Origin: Escherichia coli
GTDB taxonomy: Bacteria; Pseudomonadota; Gammaproteobacteria; Enterobacterales; Enterobacteriaceae
NCBI RefSeq assembly: GCF_024298765.1
Contig: NZ_CP101210.1
Length of the DNA stretch: 64,000 bases
Reading direction: 5' to 3' (one strand)
The position numbers and the translations under genes were made by a program. Positions 51,234 through 62,958 of this stretch are shown piece by piece. Each line of letters opens with the position of its first letter. Position 1 is the stretch's first letter. The notes under the pieces are model-generated. The model did no database searches, was not told where the DNA came from, and saw nothing but the letters and a program-made list of their open reading frames with translations.

Positions 51234-51334
51234 TGCCGGATACGGCGTAAACGCCTTGCCCGGCCTACAAAATCGTCCAAATTCAATATATTGCGGGGAC
51301 TGCGTAGGCCTGTTCGGCATAGCGCATCAGGCAG
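51234..51334. repeat. REP/BIME cluster
   Basis: tgccggatacggcgtaaacgccttgcccggcctac and gcgtaggcctgttcggcatagcgcatcaggc. Confidence 0.75.
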
Positions 51335-51509
51335 TTTTTCATTTTTCAGCTGTCTGAATTTTAACCCTCTGGCGGCTTTACAGTACCTTACGCTATACTA
51401 GCCACTGAAAATGCCGGTTCACTTTCTTCGAATCGGCTTTCAATGTGTATTTCACACAAATTAATCAACTTCCCCTTCCGAGGATCTGGCCTGAAAGGTC
51501 GGATAAGAT

Positions 51510-52853
51510 ATGTTAAACAGTATTTTAGTCATACTCTGTTTGATCGCTGTAAGTGCGTTCTTCTCGATGTCCGAGATCTCGCTTGCCGCCTCACGCAAAA
51601 TCAAACTTAAACTGCTGGCTGATGAAGGCAATATAAATGCCCAACGCGTTCTGAATATGCAGGAAAATCCCGGCATGTTCTTTACCGTGGTCCAGATCGG
51701 TCTGAACGCAGTGGCGATTCTCGGCGGTATCGTCGGTGATGCGGCATTTTCTCCAGCTTTTCACAGCCTGTTCTCCCGCTATATGTCGGCAGAACTCTCT
51801 GAGCAACTGAGCTTTATTCTCTCTTTCTCGTTAGTGACTGGCATGTTTATCCTGTTTGCGGATTTAACCCCGAAACGCATCGGTATGATTGCGCCAGAAG
51901 CTGTGGCTTTGCGTATCATCAACCCGATGCGCTTCTGCCTGTACGTTTGCACCCCGCTGGTGTGGTTCTTCAACGGACTGGCGAACATAATCTTCCGTAT
52001 TTTCAAACTGCCAATGGTACGTAAAGATGACATCACTTCTGATGATATCTACGCGGTAGTGGAAGCCGGTGCGCTGGCGGGCGTGTTACGTAAACAGGAA
52101 CACGAGCTGATTGAAAACGTCTTTGAGCTGGAATCCCGTACCGTTCCGTCTTCAATGACACCGCGTGAAAACGTGATTTGGTTTGATCTCCACGAAGATG
52201 AGCAAAGTCTGAAGAATAAGGTGGCGGAACATCCGCACTCTAAGTTTCTCGTCTGTAATGAAGATATTGACCACATCATCGGCTATGTCGATTCTAAAGA
52301 CCTGCTGAACCGCGTGCTGGCTAACCAAAGCCTGGCACTGAACAGCGGCGTACAAATTCGCAATACGCTGATTGTGCCGGATACGTTAACCCTTTCAGAG
52401 GCGTTGGAAAGTTTTAAAACCGCAGGTGAAGACTTCGCGGTGATCATGAACGAGTACGCACTGGTAGTGGGGATCATCACCCTCAACGACGTGATGACCA
52501 CGCTGATGGGCGATCTGGTCGGTCAGGGGCTGGAAGAGCAGATTGTCGCCCGTGATGAGAACTCATGGCTGATAGACGGCGGCACGCCTATTGACGACGT
52601 CATGCGCGTGCTGGATATTGACGAGTTCCCGCAGTCGGGCAACTACGAAACCATCGGCGGCTTTATGATGTTTATGCTGCGTAAGATCCCGAAACGCACC
52701 GATTCGGTGAAATTCGCCGGCTACAAATTTGAAGTGGTGGATATCGATAACTACCGCATCGACCAGCTGCTGGTGACCCGAATCGACAGCAAAGCCACCG
52801 CCCTTTCGCCAAAACTGCCTGACGCTAAAGATAAAGAAGAAAGCGTCGCGTAA
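51510..52853 (+). CDS. ytfL: CNNM/HlyC-CorC-family membrane protein (DUF21 + CBS + CorC)
   Basis: 447 aa; N-terminal TM region followed by CBS-pair and CorC_HlyC-like regions. Confidence 0.9.
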   Translation: MLNSILVILCLIAVSAFFSMSEISLAASRKIKLKLLADEGNINAQRVLNMQENPGMFFTVVQIGLNAVAILGGIVGDAAFSPAFHSLFSRYMSAELSEQLSFILSFSLVTGMFILFADLTPKRIGMIAPEAVALRIINPMRFCLYVCTPLVWFFNGLANIIFRIFKLPMVRKDDITSDDIYAVVEAGALAGVLRKQEHELIENVFELESRTVPSSMTPRENVIWFDLHEDEQSLKNKVAEHPHSKFLVCNEDIDHIIGYVDSKDLLNRVLANQSLALNSGVQIRNTLIVPDTLTLSEALESFKTAGEDFAVIMNEYALVVGIITLNDVMTTLMGDLVGQGLEEQIVARDENSWLIDGGTPIDDVMRVLDIDEFPQSGNYETIGGFMMFMLRKIPKRTDSVKFAGYKFEVVDIDNYRIDQLLVTRIDSKATALSPKLPDAKDKEESVA

Positions 52854-52930
52854 CCCCAGAAACATCAACGGCTCCTGAATCAGGAGCCGTCTTATTACTG
52901 CATAGCACTTTTTACTGCATAGCACTTTGG

Positions 52931-53137
52931 TTAAGCCATCTCTGTTTGCAGACGCATAACCTGACGGTTAACTTCGGACATCACTGACAAATGCAGCTTA
53001 TCCTTCACTTTTGGGATAAGAATCTTACCCTTATCAAATTCAAAAGCGCCAACGTCCTTGATGTATAACCGTCCACGGAACAGGATCTTTACGTACTTCG
53101 CCACCTGAAGTGGGTTGTACCGTTGGAAAATTTTCAT
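52931..53137 (-). CDS. ytfK: Small protein YtfK (DUF1107)
   Basis: [68 protein letters not shown], 68 aa. Confidence 0.8.
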
Positions 53138-53461
53138 TGTTATCTCCTGCTGAGTATTACGCCTTTGCGGTGCCACAATCGGCCCAACTATTATGAGGCG
53201 CAAATTTTAATGCCTAGTGACTATAGACTATCCGGGCAATGTTTCCACCGCGTATAACTTTTTTTACCTAAAGGTTACAATTATTCAGAATTATCTTTTT
53301 ACCGAAGCGCGGTCTTCAGTATAAGCATTCATTTTTCATATGATTTGTGCGCTTGACCGCAAACTGGCATCACACTTGCGGGAAATTCGATAAATAGCAC
53401 ATATGATTAAAACTCAGACCCAAGTGGTCGGATCACCTGCATATCATAAGAAGGAAACACC

Positions 53462-54016
53462 ATGACCCTACGCAAGATTCTGGCACTCACCTGCCTGCTG
53501 TTGCCGATGATGGCTTCCGCACATCAGTTCGAAACCGGTCAGCGAGTGCCGCCGATTGGCATCACCGATCGTGGCGAGTTGGTGCTTGATAAAGATCAGT
53601 TTAGCTACAAAACCTGGAACAGCGCGCAGTTAGTGGGAAAAGTGCGAGTACTGCAACATATTGCTGGTCGCACCTCTGCAAAAGAGAAAAACGCGACGCT
53701 GATTGAAGCGATTAAATCAGCGAAGTTACCGCACGATCGTTACCAGACCACCACCATTGTTAACACCGACGACGCGATTCCGGGTTCCGGCATGTTTGTG
53801 CGCAGCAGTCTGGAGAGTAATAAAAAGCTTTATCCCTGGTCGCAGTTTATTGTCGATAGCAATGGCGTCGCGCGCGGTGCCTGGCAGCTGGATGAAGAAA
53901 GTTCCGCTGTAGTGGTGCTGGATAAAGACGGTCGCGTGCAATGGGCCAAAGACGGGGCACTCACACAGGAAGAGGTGCAGCAAGTGATGGACCTGCTGCA
54001 AAAGTTGCTCAAATAA
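53462..54016 (+). CDS. ytfJ: Periplasmic protein YtfJ (DUF1434)
   Basis: 184 aa; signal peptide MTLRKILALTCLLLPMMASA. Confidence 0.87.
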   Translation: MTLRKILALTCLLLPMMASAHQFETGQRVPPIGITDRGELVLDKDQFSYKTWNSAQLVGKVRVLQHIAGRTSAKEKNATLIEAIKSAKLPHDRYQTTTIVNTDDAIPGSGMFVRSSLESNKKLYPWSQFIVDSNGVARGAWQLDEESSAVVVLDKDGRVQWAKDGALTQEEVQQVMDLLQKLLK

Positions 54017-54105
54017 TGGCAATAACATAAATTCTGCAAAAATAATTTTCCCCTATCGTTATCTATGGGATAGGGGAATTAAGCCTCTGAGTTCTTACGC
54101 CGAAC

Positions 54106-54861
54106 TCATACTGGTAACGCTAGTTGCTTTTTTTTAAACGCCTCAATGGTTGATTTATATTTCTCGCAAATCTCCTCTTCGGTAATATCACTATCTACGG
54201 CCAGATTCGCACTTACTATCGCATCCACTTGTTCGGCTAATTCCACTTGTTGGCAACCTGCATTAACCAGAAAATTATAAATAAGAGAGTAATCTTCATC
54301 CTCCAAAACAACAGAGGAACCATTACGAAAACGTTCATCCCCTCCATAGATTTTAAGCGCAAAGCCCAAAGATTCTATGACTATGGCAAAATTATCATCA
54401 ATTATTTTTTCGTAAATATACCATCCATCGCATTCTTTAATTCCACCTCCTGGTATTTGGAGGTCAAATTTACCCCGTTTTAATTTACTTACTATATCAT
54501 CCAATACAGCATAACCTAAAGACACGTCACCAAACGCCTGGCGAATATAACCTTTAATCCTTTCCGGTATGTCAGACTGTTTTTTCTGCAGAATATCCCA
54601 GGCATACAATCTTCTGTTTTGTTCTAACGGAAACTCGCGGTTTTTGAAATCCATGAATGAGTTATACTCATTTATTGTTATGGGAATTTCTTCGTATTCA
54701 AATCCACTGCCTCGCAATGTCATTATATATTCGGCACCGTTATCTTTAAGGCTGAAACTGATAAGAAACTTATCCATGGCGTTAACAGTTTCATTTTTTG
54801 ATGAAAGTACCTGATAACTATTTTTATCAATCTGAGTTGCGCAACGAAAGAACTCCCTCAA
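54106..54861 (-). CDS. ytfI: Uncharacterized AT-rich protein, possibly 5'-truncated or frameshifted
   Basis: 251-aa frame whose first start codon is TTG, with an in-frame stop at 54991-54993 upstream; convergent with ytfJ. Confidence 0.55.
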   Translation of the reverse strand: MREFFRCATQIDKNSYQVLSSKNETVNAMDKFLISFSLKDNGAEYIMTLRGSGFEYEEIPITINEYNSFMDFKNREFPLEQNRRLYAWDILQKKQSDIPERIKGYIRQAFGDVSLGYAVLDDIVSKLKRGKFDLQIPGGGIKECDGWYIYEKIIDDNFAIVIESLGFALKIYGGDERFRNGSSVVLEDEDYSLIYNFLVNAGCQQVELAEQVDAIVSANLAVDSDITEEEICEKYKSTIEAFKKKQLALPV

Positions 54862-55227
54862 AGTTAACAGGCTATCATAATTTGAAGTCCAATCTTTTTT
54901 ATTAAATGCATGCTGGATATTGTTAAAAAATTGTTTGAATGTGTTTTTGTATGCGATGATTTTACGAATAACTCCACCGCACCAATAAAATTATTGTGTC
55001 TGATCCTGGGTAACATATGGCTACCTTATTTTATTTGGTTATTTTATGTCGCCATTAAATATCTCATTATAGAAGTAAACTATCAAAAAACGCTCATTAT
55101 TAAAATATAACTTATTAGTAATTGAATTTTTGCACTTTAAATACAATCTCTTTTTATTTATAACTTTTTAGGTTGGGAGAAATCAGGATGGCAGAATCAG
55201 GAAATACACTGTTTCTGCCATCTGAAT

Positions 55228-55968
55228 TTAGTAAATAGACACTCTGAACCCCGGATTCAGGAACGACTCGCGCGGAGTGTAATCCAGCGGTTTACCCTGC
55301 CAGTCGTGAACGTGCGCTCCGGCAGCTGCGGCCACAGCATGTCCAGCGGCGGTGTCCCAAATATTCGTTGGTCCGAAGCGCGGGTACAGCTGCGCCTGCC
55401 CTTCCGCCACAAGGCAGAATTTCAGCGAAGAGCCGATGGACGTGGTCTGATGTTCGCCAAGCTGTTGCAGATACTCTTTCAGCTCCGCATCTGCATGGGA
55501 TCGGCTAATAACGACCAGTGGCGGGCGCGCATCACGGACCTGAATCTGCTTGCGCACGCCGCACTCTTCTTTCCACGCTTTGCCTTCTGCCGCGCTGTAC
55601 ATTACGTTCATTACCGGCGCATACACCACGCCTATAATCGGTTTGCCGTGGTCGATGAGCGCAATGTTAACGGTGAATTCGCCATTGCGTTTAATAAACT
55701 CTTTAGTACCATCCAGCGGGTCTACCAGCCAGTAACGCTGCCAGTGCTGACGGACTTCCCAACCGGGAGGATCTTCTTCAGAAAGGACCGGAATATCCGG
55801 TGTCAGCGTACGTAAACCGTCCATGATAACGGTGTGTGCGGCAATATCCGCTGCCGTTACCGGAGAATTGTCCGCTTTGCTGACGACGTCCATCGGTTTC
55901 GTCCCGTCGTAGACCTGCATAATGGCATCGCCTGCATTCCGTGCAAGCTGGCATACTTGATCTAACAT
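55228..55968 (-). CDS. cysQ: 3'(2'),5'-bisphosphate nucleotidase
   Basis: 246 aa; [22 protein letters not shown]..., DPLDGT inositol-monophosphatase-family motif. Confidence 0.93.
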   Translation of the reverse strand: MLDQVCQLARNAGDAIMQVYDGTKPMDVVSKADNSPVTAADIAAHTVIMDGLRTLTPDIPVLSEEDPPGWEVRQHWQRYWLVDPLDGTKEFIKRNGEFTVNIALIDHGKPIIGVVYAPVMNVMYSAAEGKAWKEECGVRKQIQVRDARPPLVVISRSHADAELKEYLQQLGEHQTTSIGSSLKFCLVAEGQAQLYPRFGPTNIWDTAAGHAVAAAAGAHVHDWQGKPLDYTPRESFLNPGFRVSIY

Positions 55969-56157
55969 TTCTCCACCTCGTCTCTGTGAGCGGTGTTAAC
56001 TTATTGTTTTACTTATACCCTATCGTTAATGAATGCGCCAACTGTGATAGTGTCATCATTTTCAAAGCGTAAAATTGTGGCATTCTTCACTGTTCTATAA
56101 GTAAGACGTTTATTCTCCCTTTTCTTTCGTATTCCCGATGATAAAAGGATGTCCCTG

Positions 56158-58101
56158 ATGATTAAGTTTAGCGCAACGCTCCTGGCCACGCTGATTGCCG
56201 CCAGTGTGAATGCAGCGACGGTCGATCTGCGTATCATGGAAACCACTGATCTGCATAGCAACATGATGGATTTCGATTATTACAAAGACACCGCCACGGA
56301 AAAATTCGGACTGGTACGTACGGCAAGCCTGATTAACGATGCCCGCAATGAAGTGAAAAACAGCGTACTGGTCGATAACGGCGATTTGATTCAGGGGAGT
56401 CCGCTGGCAGATTACATGTCGGCGAAAGGATTAAAAGCAGGTGATATTCACCCAGTGTATAAGGCATTAAATACGCTGGACTATACCGTCGGCACGCTTG
56501 GCAACCATGAGTTTAACTACGGTCTGGATTACCTGAAAAATGCGCTGGCGGGAGCGAAATTCCCTTATGTAAATGCCAACGTCATTGACGCCAGAACCAA
56601 ACAGCCAATGTTTACACCGTATTTAATTAAAGACACCGAAGTGGTCGATAAAGACGGAAAAAAACAGACGCTGAAGATTGGCTATATTGGCGTCGTACCG
56701 CCGCAAATCATGGGCTGGGATAAAGCTAATTTATCCGGGAAAGTGACGGTGAATGATATTACCGAAACCGTGCGCAAATACGTGCCTGAAATGCGCGAGA
56801 AAGGTGCCGATGTCGTTGTCGTTCTGGCACATTCCGGGCTGTCTGCCGATCCGTATAAAGTGATGGCGGAAAACTCAGTTTATTACCTCAGTGAAATTCC
56901 GGGCGTTAACGCCATTATGTTTGGCCATGCTCACGCCGTTTTCCCAGGTAAAGATTTTGCTGATATCGAAGGAGCTGATATCGCGAAAGGCACGCTGAAT
57001 GGTGTTCCGGCGGTAATGCCAGGCATGTGGGGCGATCATCTTGGTGTGGTCGACTTACAACTCAGTAATGACAGCGGTAAATGGCAGGTAACACAGGCGA
57101 AAGCGGAAGCACGACCGATTTACGACATCGCTAATAAAAAATCCCTCGCGGCGGAAGACAGCAAGCTGGTAGAAACACTCAAAGCCGATCACGATGCCAC
57201 ACGCCAGTTCGTCAGCAAGCCAATCGGTAAATCTGCCGACAATATGTATAGCTATCTGGCACTGGTGCAGGACGATCCGACCGTGCAGGTGGTGAACAAC
57301 GCGCAAAAAGCGTATGTCGAGCATTACATTCAGGGCGATCCGGATCTGGCAAAACTGCCAGTGCTTTCAGCTGCCGCACCGTTTAAAGTTGGTGGTCGCA
57401 AAAATGACCCGGCAAGCTATGTGGAGGTGGAAAAAGGTCAGTTGACCTTCCGTAATGCCGCCGATCTTTATCTCTATCCCAATACGCTGATTGTGGTGAA
57501 AGCCAGCGGTAAAGAGGTGAAAGAGTGGCTGGAGTGCTCCGCCGGACAGTTTAACCAGATTGATCCTAACAGCACGAAACCACAGTCACTCATCAACTGG
57601 GATGGTTTCCGCACCTATAACTTTGATGTGATTGATGGTGTGAATTATCAGATTGATGTTACCCAGCCTGCCCGTTATGACGGCGAGTGCCAGATGGTTA
57701 ATGCCAATGCGGAAAGGATTAAGAACCTGACCTTTAATGGCAAGCCAATTGATCCGAACGCCATGTTCCTCGTTGCCACCAATAACTATCGCGCTTACGG
57801 CGGCAAATTTGCCGGTACGGGCGACAGCCATATCGCTTTTGCTTCACCGGATGAGAACCGCTCGGTGCTGGCAGCGTGGATTGCTGATGAGTCGAAACGT
57901 GCGGGGGAAATTCACCCGGCGGCAGATAACAACTGGCGTTTAGCACCAATAGCTGGCGATAAGAAACTGGATATCCGTTTCGAAACCTCTCCATCAGATA
58001 AAGCCGCGGCGTTTATTAAAGAGAAAGGGCAATATCCGATGAATAAAGTCGCGACCGATGATATCGGGTTTGCGATTTATCAGGTGGATTTGAGTAAGTA
58101 A
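56158..58101 (+). CDS. cpdB: 2',3'-cyclic-nucleotide 2'-phosphodiesterase / 3'-nucleotidase
   Basis: [35 protein letters not shown] signal peptide plus metallophosphatase domain; 647 aa from internal Met. Confidence 0.93.
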   Translation: MIKFSATLLATLIAASVNAATVDLRIMETTDLHSNMMDFDYYKDTATEKFGLVRTASLINDARNEVKNSVLVDNGDLIQGSPLADYMSAKGLKAGDIHPVYKALNTLDYTVGTLGNHEFNYGLDYLKNALAGAKFPYVNANVIDARTKQPMFTPYLIKDTEVVDKDGKKQTLKIGYIGVVPPQIMGWDKANLSGKVTVNDITETVRKYVPEMREKGADVVVVLAHSGLSADPYKVMAENSVYYLSEIPGVNAIMFGHAHAVFPGKDFADIEGADIAKGTLNGVPAVMPGMWGDHLGVVDLQLSNDSGKWQVTQAKAEARPIYDIANKKSLAAEDSKLVETLKADHDATRQFVSKPIGKSADNMYSYLALVQDDPTVQVVNNAQKAYVEHYIQGDPDLAKLPVLSAAAPFKVGGRKNDPASYVEVEKGQLTFRNAADLYLYPNTLIVVKASGKEVKEWLECSAGQFNQIDPNSTKPQSLINWDGFRTYNFDVIDGVNYQIDVTQPARYDGECQMVNANAERIKNLTFNGKPIDPNAMFLVATNNYRAYGGKFAGTGDSHIAFASPDENRSVLAAWIADESKRAGEIHPAADNNWRLAPIAGDKKLDIRFETSPSDKAAAFIKEKGQYPMNKVATDDIGFAIYQVDLSK

Positions 58102-58114
58102 TACACTTCTTTTT

Positions 58115-58213
58115 CGGCCTACAAATCATCAACCGCATCCGACACTTTTGTCGGATGCGATGCTGGCGCATCTTATCCGTCCTACAAGTCATACACCGTA
58201 GGCCGCGCATCCT
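58115..58213. repeat. Degenerate REP-like palindromes
   Basis: cggcctac, gatgcgatgctggcgcatcttatccgtcctac and gtaggccgcgcatcc between convergent cpdB and ytfH. Confidence 0.45.
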
Positions 58214-58217
58214 GCAG

Positions 58218-58598
58218 TTACGCCGCACGTTCATCCCGCACCGCCAACACCTCGGGCAAATTCAACTCAATCCAGTCCGCCAGTGCAGCAACCTTTTCGC
58301 TCACCTGCTCGCCCAGCGGCGTGAGGCTATATTCCACATGCGGCGGCACCACCGGATACGCGATACGGTTAAGAAAACCATCCTGCTCTAGCGCCTGTAA
58401 CGACTGCGCAAGCATCTTTTCACTCACCCCGCCCATTTTGCGCCGCAGGTCGCTAAAGCGATGAGTACCTTCGCGTAGCGCCACCAGAATCAACACCCCC
58501 CAACGGCTGGTGACGTGTTTCAAAACCTCGCGCGACGGACACTGTTCAGCGAAGAGATTTCCCTCTTTCAGTTGTTGCGACAGGCTAACCTGACTCAT
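58218..58598 (-). CDS. ytfH: HxlR-family transcriptional regulator
   Basis: MSQVSLSQQLKEGNLFAEQCPSREVLKHVTSRWGVLILVALREG...; 126 aa from internal Met; divergent from qorB. Confidence 0.85.
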   Translation of the reverse strand: MSQVSLSQQLKEGNLFAEQCPSREVLKHVTSRWGVLILVALREGTHRFSDLRRKMGGVSEKMLAQSLQALEQDGFLNRIAYPVVPPHVEYSLTPLGEQVSEKVAALADWIELNLPEVLAVRDERAA

Positions 58599-58686
58599 CT
58601 CATACTTACCTTTTTGTACGTACTTACTAAAAGTAAGTTTAGGTGTTAGCGTATTTAAACACAAGACAAAACGATGGAGACTTCCT

Positions 58687-59547
58687 ATGATCGCAATTAC
58701 TGGTGCCACTGGCCAACTTGGTCACTATGTTATTGAATCCTTGATGAAAACGGTTCCTGCCAGCCAAATAGTGGCTATCGTTCGTAATCCGGCAAAAGCC
58801 CAGGCACTGACAGCACAAGGCATTACCGTGCGTCAGGCTGACTACGGCGATGAAGCCGCACTGACATCTGCACTTCAGGGAGTGGAAAAACTACTGCTGA
58901 TCTCTTCCAGCGAAGTGGGTCAACGTGCCCCGCAGCATCGTAATGTTATTAATGCCGCAAAGGCGGCTGGTGTGAAATTTATCGCTTATACCAGTCTGCT
59001 TCACGCGGATAAATCTCCGCTCGGCCTCGCCGATGAGCACATTGAGACGGAGAAAATGTTGGCTGATTCTAGCATCGTTTACACCCTGCTGCGCAACGGC
59101 TGGTACAGCGAAAACTACCTCGCCAGCGCCCCGGCAGCACTGGAACACGGCGTATTTATCGGTGCGGCGGGCGATGGCAAAATCGCCTCAGCAACGCGGG
59201 CAGATTATGCGGCAGCTGCGGCACGCGTGATTAGCGAAGCCGGTCACGAAGGCAAGGTTTACGAACTGGCGGGCGATAGTGCCTGGACGCTGACACAGTT
59301 AGCGGCAGAACTCACCAAACAGAGCGGCAAACAGGTTACCTATCAAAACCTGAGCGAAGCTGATTTCGCTGCGGCACTGAAAAGCGTCGGACTGCCTGAT
59401 GGACTGGCGGATATGCTGGCGGATTCTGACGTTGGCGCATCGAAAGGCGGTCTGTTTGATGACAGCAAAACGCTTAGCAAATTGATTGGCCGCCCAACGA
59501 CAACGTTAGCCGAAAGCGTAAGCCATCTTTTTAATGTTAATAACTAG
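58687..59547 (+). CDS. qorB: NAD(P)H:quinone oxidoreductase (NmrA-like)
   Basis: 286 aa; MIAITGATGQLGHYVIESL Rossmann N-terminus. Confidence 0.88.
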   Translation: MIAITGATGQLGHYVIESLMKTVPASQIVAIVRNPAKAQALTAQGITVRQADYGDEAALTSALQGVEKLLLISSSEVGQRAPQHRNVINAAKAAGVKFIAYTSLLHADKSPLGLADEHIETEKMLADSSIVYTLLRNGWYSENYLASAPAALEHGVFIGAAGDGKIASATRADYAAAAARVISEAGHEGKVYELAGDSAWTLTQLAAELTKQSGKQVTYQNLSEADFAAALKSVGLPDGLADMLADSDVGASKGGLFDDSKTLSKLIGRPTTTLAESVSHLFNVNN

Positions 59548-59645
59548 TTAATTAAAGTGGCATCCTCCCGCATCCTCTCTGATAATGACGGGATGCCGGG
59601 AGCAATCATGTCTGCTTCCTGAACTTTCTTCTGACAGACCAATGG

Positions 59646-60620
59646 ATGCCAGTAATGATTAGCGGCGTGCTGTACGCCCTGTTAGCAGGGTTGATGTGGG
59701 GGCTTATTTTTGTCGGGCCGTTGATCGTACCGGAATACCCGGCGATGTTGCAGTCGATGGGGCGTTACCTGGCGCTAGGGTTAATTGCGCTGCCCATTGC
59801 CTGGCTGGGACGCGTGCGTCTGCGTCAGTTGGCGCGTCGCGACTGGCTTACCGCCTTGATGCTCACCATGATGGGCAACCTTATCTATTACTTCTGCCTT
59901 GCAAGTGCCATTCAACGTACTGGCGCGCCTGTTTCCACGATGATTATCGGCACCCTGCCGGTGGTGATTCCCGTTTTTGCCAATCTGCTTTATAGCCAGC
60001 GCGACGGCAAACTCGCATGGGGAAAACTCGCCCCGGCACTGGTTTGTATTGGCATCGGCCTGGCGTGTGTGAATATTGCTGAGTTAAACCACGGACTCCC
60101 CGATTTTGACTGGGCACGTTATACCTCAGGCATCGTGCTGGCGTTAGTTTCCGTAGTCTGCTGGGCATGGTATGCCCTGCGCAACGCCCGCTGGCTGCGG
60201 GAGAATCCCGACAAACATCCGATGATGTGGGCGACGGCGCAGGCGCTGGTCACGCTGCCGGTTTCTCTCATCGGCTATCTCGTCGCCTGTTACTGGCTGA
60301 ATACGCAAACGCCGGGCTTCTCCCTACCCTTTGGCCCCCGTCCGCTGGTGTTTATTAGTCTGATGGTTGCGATAGCCGTGCTTTGCTCATGGGTTGGCGC
60401 ACTCTGCTGGAACGTCGCCAGCCAGCGATTACCGACAGTGATTCTCGGGCCGCTGATTGTTTTCGAAACGCTGGCAGGCTTGCTGTACACCTTTTTGTTA
60501 CGCCAGCAAATGCCGCCGCTAATGACGCTGAGCGGTATCGCGCTGTTAGTGGTTGGCGTGGTCATTGCAGTCAGAGCAAAACCAGAAAAACCTTTAACTG
60601 AATCTGTCTCAGAAAGTTGA
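59646..60620 (+). CDS. ytfF: EamA/DMT-family inner membrane transporter
   Basis: 324-aa protein with about 10 predicted TM segments. Confidence 0.85.
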   Translation: MPVMISGVLYALLAGLMWGLIFVGPLIVPEYPAMLQSMGRYLALGLIALPIAWLGRVRLRQLARRDWLTALMLTMMGNLIYYFCLASAIQRTGAPVSTMIIGTLPVVIPVFANLLYSQRDGKLAWGKLAPALVCIGIGLACVNIAELNHGLPDFDWARYTSGIVLALVSVVCWAWYALRNARWLRENPDKHPMMWATAQALVTLPVSLIGYLVACYWLNTQTPGFSLPFGPRPLVFISLMVAIAVLCSWVGALCWNVASQRLPTVILGPLIVFETLAGLLYTFLLRQQMPPLMTLSGIALLVVGVVIAVRAKPEKPLTESVSES

Positions 60621-60727
60621 CACGCTGGCAGTGAGTTAAATAAGCCTCTGCTACGTAAGGGTTATAGCTTTTGCCTTAAAGATGCATTTAAAATGCATCT
60701 TATCTTATTAAGAATGAGGTATCAGCT

Positions 60728-61390
60728 ATGGCTTATCGCGACCAACCTTTAGGTGAACTGGCGCTCTCTATTCCTCGCGCTTCGGCTCTGTTTCGTAAAT
60801 ATGATATGGATTACTGCTGTGGCGGTAAGCAGACGCTGGCGCGCGCGGCGGCACGTAAAGAACTGGATGTTGACGTCATTGAAGCCGAACTGGCAAAGCT
60901 TGCTGAACAACCGATTGAGAAAGACTGGCGTAGCGCCCCGCTGGCAGAAATCATCGACCATATCATCGTGCGCTACCACGATCGCCATCGCGAGCAGCTG
61001 CCGGAGCTGATCCTGCAAGCGACTAAAGTCGAGCGCGTTCACGCCGACAAACCGAGCGTGCCAAAAGGGCTGACAAAATACCTGACTATGCTGCATGAAG
61101 AGCTTTCCAGCCACATGATGAAAGAAGAGCAGATCCTCTTCCCGATGATCAAACAAGGCATGGGCAGCCAGGCAATGGGGCCAATCAGCGTAATGGAAAG
61201 CGAGCACGATGAAGCGGGTGAACTGCTGGAAGTGATCAAACACACCACCAATAACGTCACACCGCCGCCAGAAGCCTGCACCACCTGGAAAGCGATGTAT
61301 AACGGTATCAATGAATTGATTGATGACCTGATGGATCACATTAGTCTGGAAAATAATGTACTGTTCCCGCGCGCGCTGGCGGGTGAGTGA
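60728..61390 (+). CDS. ytfE: Iron-sulfur cluster repair di-iron protein (RIC)
   Basis: 220 aa; [38 protein letters not shown], hemerythrin-like region. Confidence 0.9.
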   Translation: MAYRDQPLGELALSIPRASALFRKYDMDYCCGGKQTLARAAARKELDVDVIEAELAKLAEQPIEKDWRSAPLAEIIDHIIVRYHDRHREQLPELILQATKVERVHADKPSVPKGLTKYLTMLHEELSSHMMKEEQILFPMIKQGMGSQAMGPISVMESEHDEAGELLEVIKHTTNNVTPPPEACTTWKAMYNGINELIDDLMDHISLENNVLFPRALAGE

Positions 61391-61403
61391 TTTGTTCGAT
61401 CAA

Positions 61404-61434
61404 CGCACCTGGTTTACACAATCAGGTGCGTTTT
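61404..61434 (+). terminator. Rho-independent terminator of ytfE
   Basis: cgcacctg...caggtgcg hairpin followed by tttt, 14 nt after the ytfE stop. Confidence 0.7.
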
Positions 61435-61636
61435 CAAATGCTTTGAGTTATTCACCACTCCGGGACAATCTTTTGTATCTACTGAACTGGGAAAATTCAT
61501 TATTCAGCCAATAATAAGTTCCTTCAACGGTTACTAACTTATTTTTTTCATTAATATAATTACTTATTCATCGCTCCTGTATAAGCCAGAATAAAATCAC
61601 CCATTCCCTAGTTTTTACGTGTACATCCAGCTACCG

Positions 61637-62758
61637 CTACGCTTCCACCCACACCGACCCGCCATCATGGCGGTTCATCAGCGACCACAGCACATGGAAT
61701 TTCTCGCCTCTTTTATACTCCCCCTCCATTTTCCTGTCCGTCCATTCTGGCATCTGCTCTCCCTGCTCCAGTGTCACCGTCGCTTGTCTACCTTCTACAA
61801 AAATCGACCACTCCCCGCTATGAGGACAAGCTTCACCGCTAAAGGCCGCTATCCGCTGCCGGTCTGTAACATACTGCGCTTCGCGCTGTGGCCAGTTGTA
61901 CAACTCCTCCGGCATGCCCTGTGGGAAAAATCCCTCCGGCGGCACATTGATAAATCGGTTTGCCACCCGCCGTATACGTTTCCAATTGCATTTTGCCCAC
62001 GCCCCGCTTTCCCAGTAATATTCTTGTATCCCAGCCTCGTTGACATACTTCGTTCGTACCCGCCCCTGCCAAGCCTCGGGAATATGTTCACTCCGGTACA
62101 ACAGTTGGGCGCTGGCATCTGGGATATCCGGCAGATACAGGCCAGCCACCGTTACCGGGTCATCCTCACGCAGGTATACGCTACTATCCAGCTCATACAA
62201 CGGTAATTGCATCGGCAGGGCCAGCGGGCCGTGCAGACTTTCCTCATAATAATAAGTCAGTTCGCCGTCATACCAGTATCCGCCCGAGGTACGTCTGATT
62301 AAATTATTATAATGTGCACCTCGCCATTTCAGTCTGTCATACTGTTTTTGCGCGGCGAGTGACATCCAGTCCGACGGATAATCAATTAGTCCTTTCATAT
62401 CACTGCTAATATTGCCCCCGGATTGCAGTACCCGCAGGTCCCCCTGCTGTAGCTGAATAAAGTCATACTGTACCGACTTTAAAGTACTGCGGATATTGGG
62501 CAACACTCGCCCGCCCCAGACGACGTCAATCTGCTCGCACAGCGGACGACGGCGCACATCCAGCGGCATGGCCTTGCTCCACTCTGCCACCTGTCGCTCG
62601 CACAGCTCGACAAACTCCTGCCACCCCTCAAAACGACGCCGATAATATTCCGGCGACATTATTCTTTCCAGCAACCAGCACTCCTGTGGATGTAATATAG
62701 CCACTTTATCTCCTGATTTATTAATTAATTGTCTATTGATACTTTTATTTCGGTACAT
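61637..62758 (-). CDS. Hypothetical Trp/Tyr-rich protein, accessory, no family recognised
   Basis: 373-aa ORF with ATG start and no obvious TM segments; alternative start at 62659 (MSPEYYRR...) has a better Shine-Dalgarno (GGAAAG); not part of the K-12 ytfE-cycA junction as I recall it. Confidence 0.6.
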   Translation of the reverse strand: MYRNKSINRQLINKSGDKVAILHPQECWLLERIMSPEYYRRRFEGWQEFVELCERQVAEWSKAMPLDVRRRPLCEQIDVVWGGRVLPNIRSTLKSVQYDFIQLQQGDLRVLQSGGNISSDMKGLIDYPSDWMSLAAQKQYDRLKWRGAHYNNLIRRTSGGYWYDGELTYYYEESLHGPLALPMQLPLYELDSSVYLREDDPVTVAGLYLPDIPDASAQLLYRSEHIPEAWQGRVRTKYVNEAGIQEYYWESGAWAKCNWKRIRRVANRFINVPPEGFFPQGMPEELYNWPQREAQYVTDRQRIAAFSGEACPHSGEWSIFVEGRQATVTLEQGEQMPEWTDRKMEGEYKRGEKFHVLWSLMNRHDGGSVWVEA

Positions 62759-62958
62759 AAATATTTGTTTGCAACTGAGACACAGCTATATACATATCCA
62801 CTTCATCTATCATCGGTACGCTGACCGTCAAAATAGACGCTGCGTTTATCGGCAGCGAAAGCGCCGAATGCCTGAAAACTGGCGGCATCAACATTAGGTT
62901 CACCGGATGGATTTTTCAGGACTTTGCCTGCCCAAAGGACAGAACGTCCATCGGTGAG

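Noticed and set aside
60749-61339. 196-aa minus-strand ORF antisense to ytfE
   Set aside because: Shadow frame of the conserved ytfE gene.
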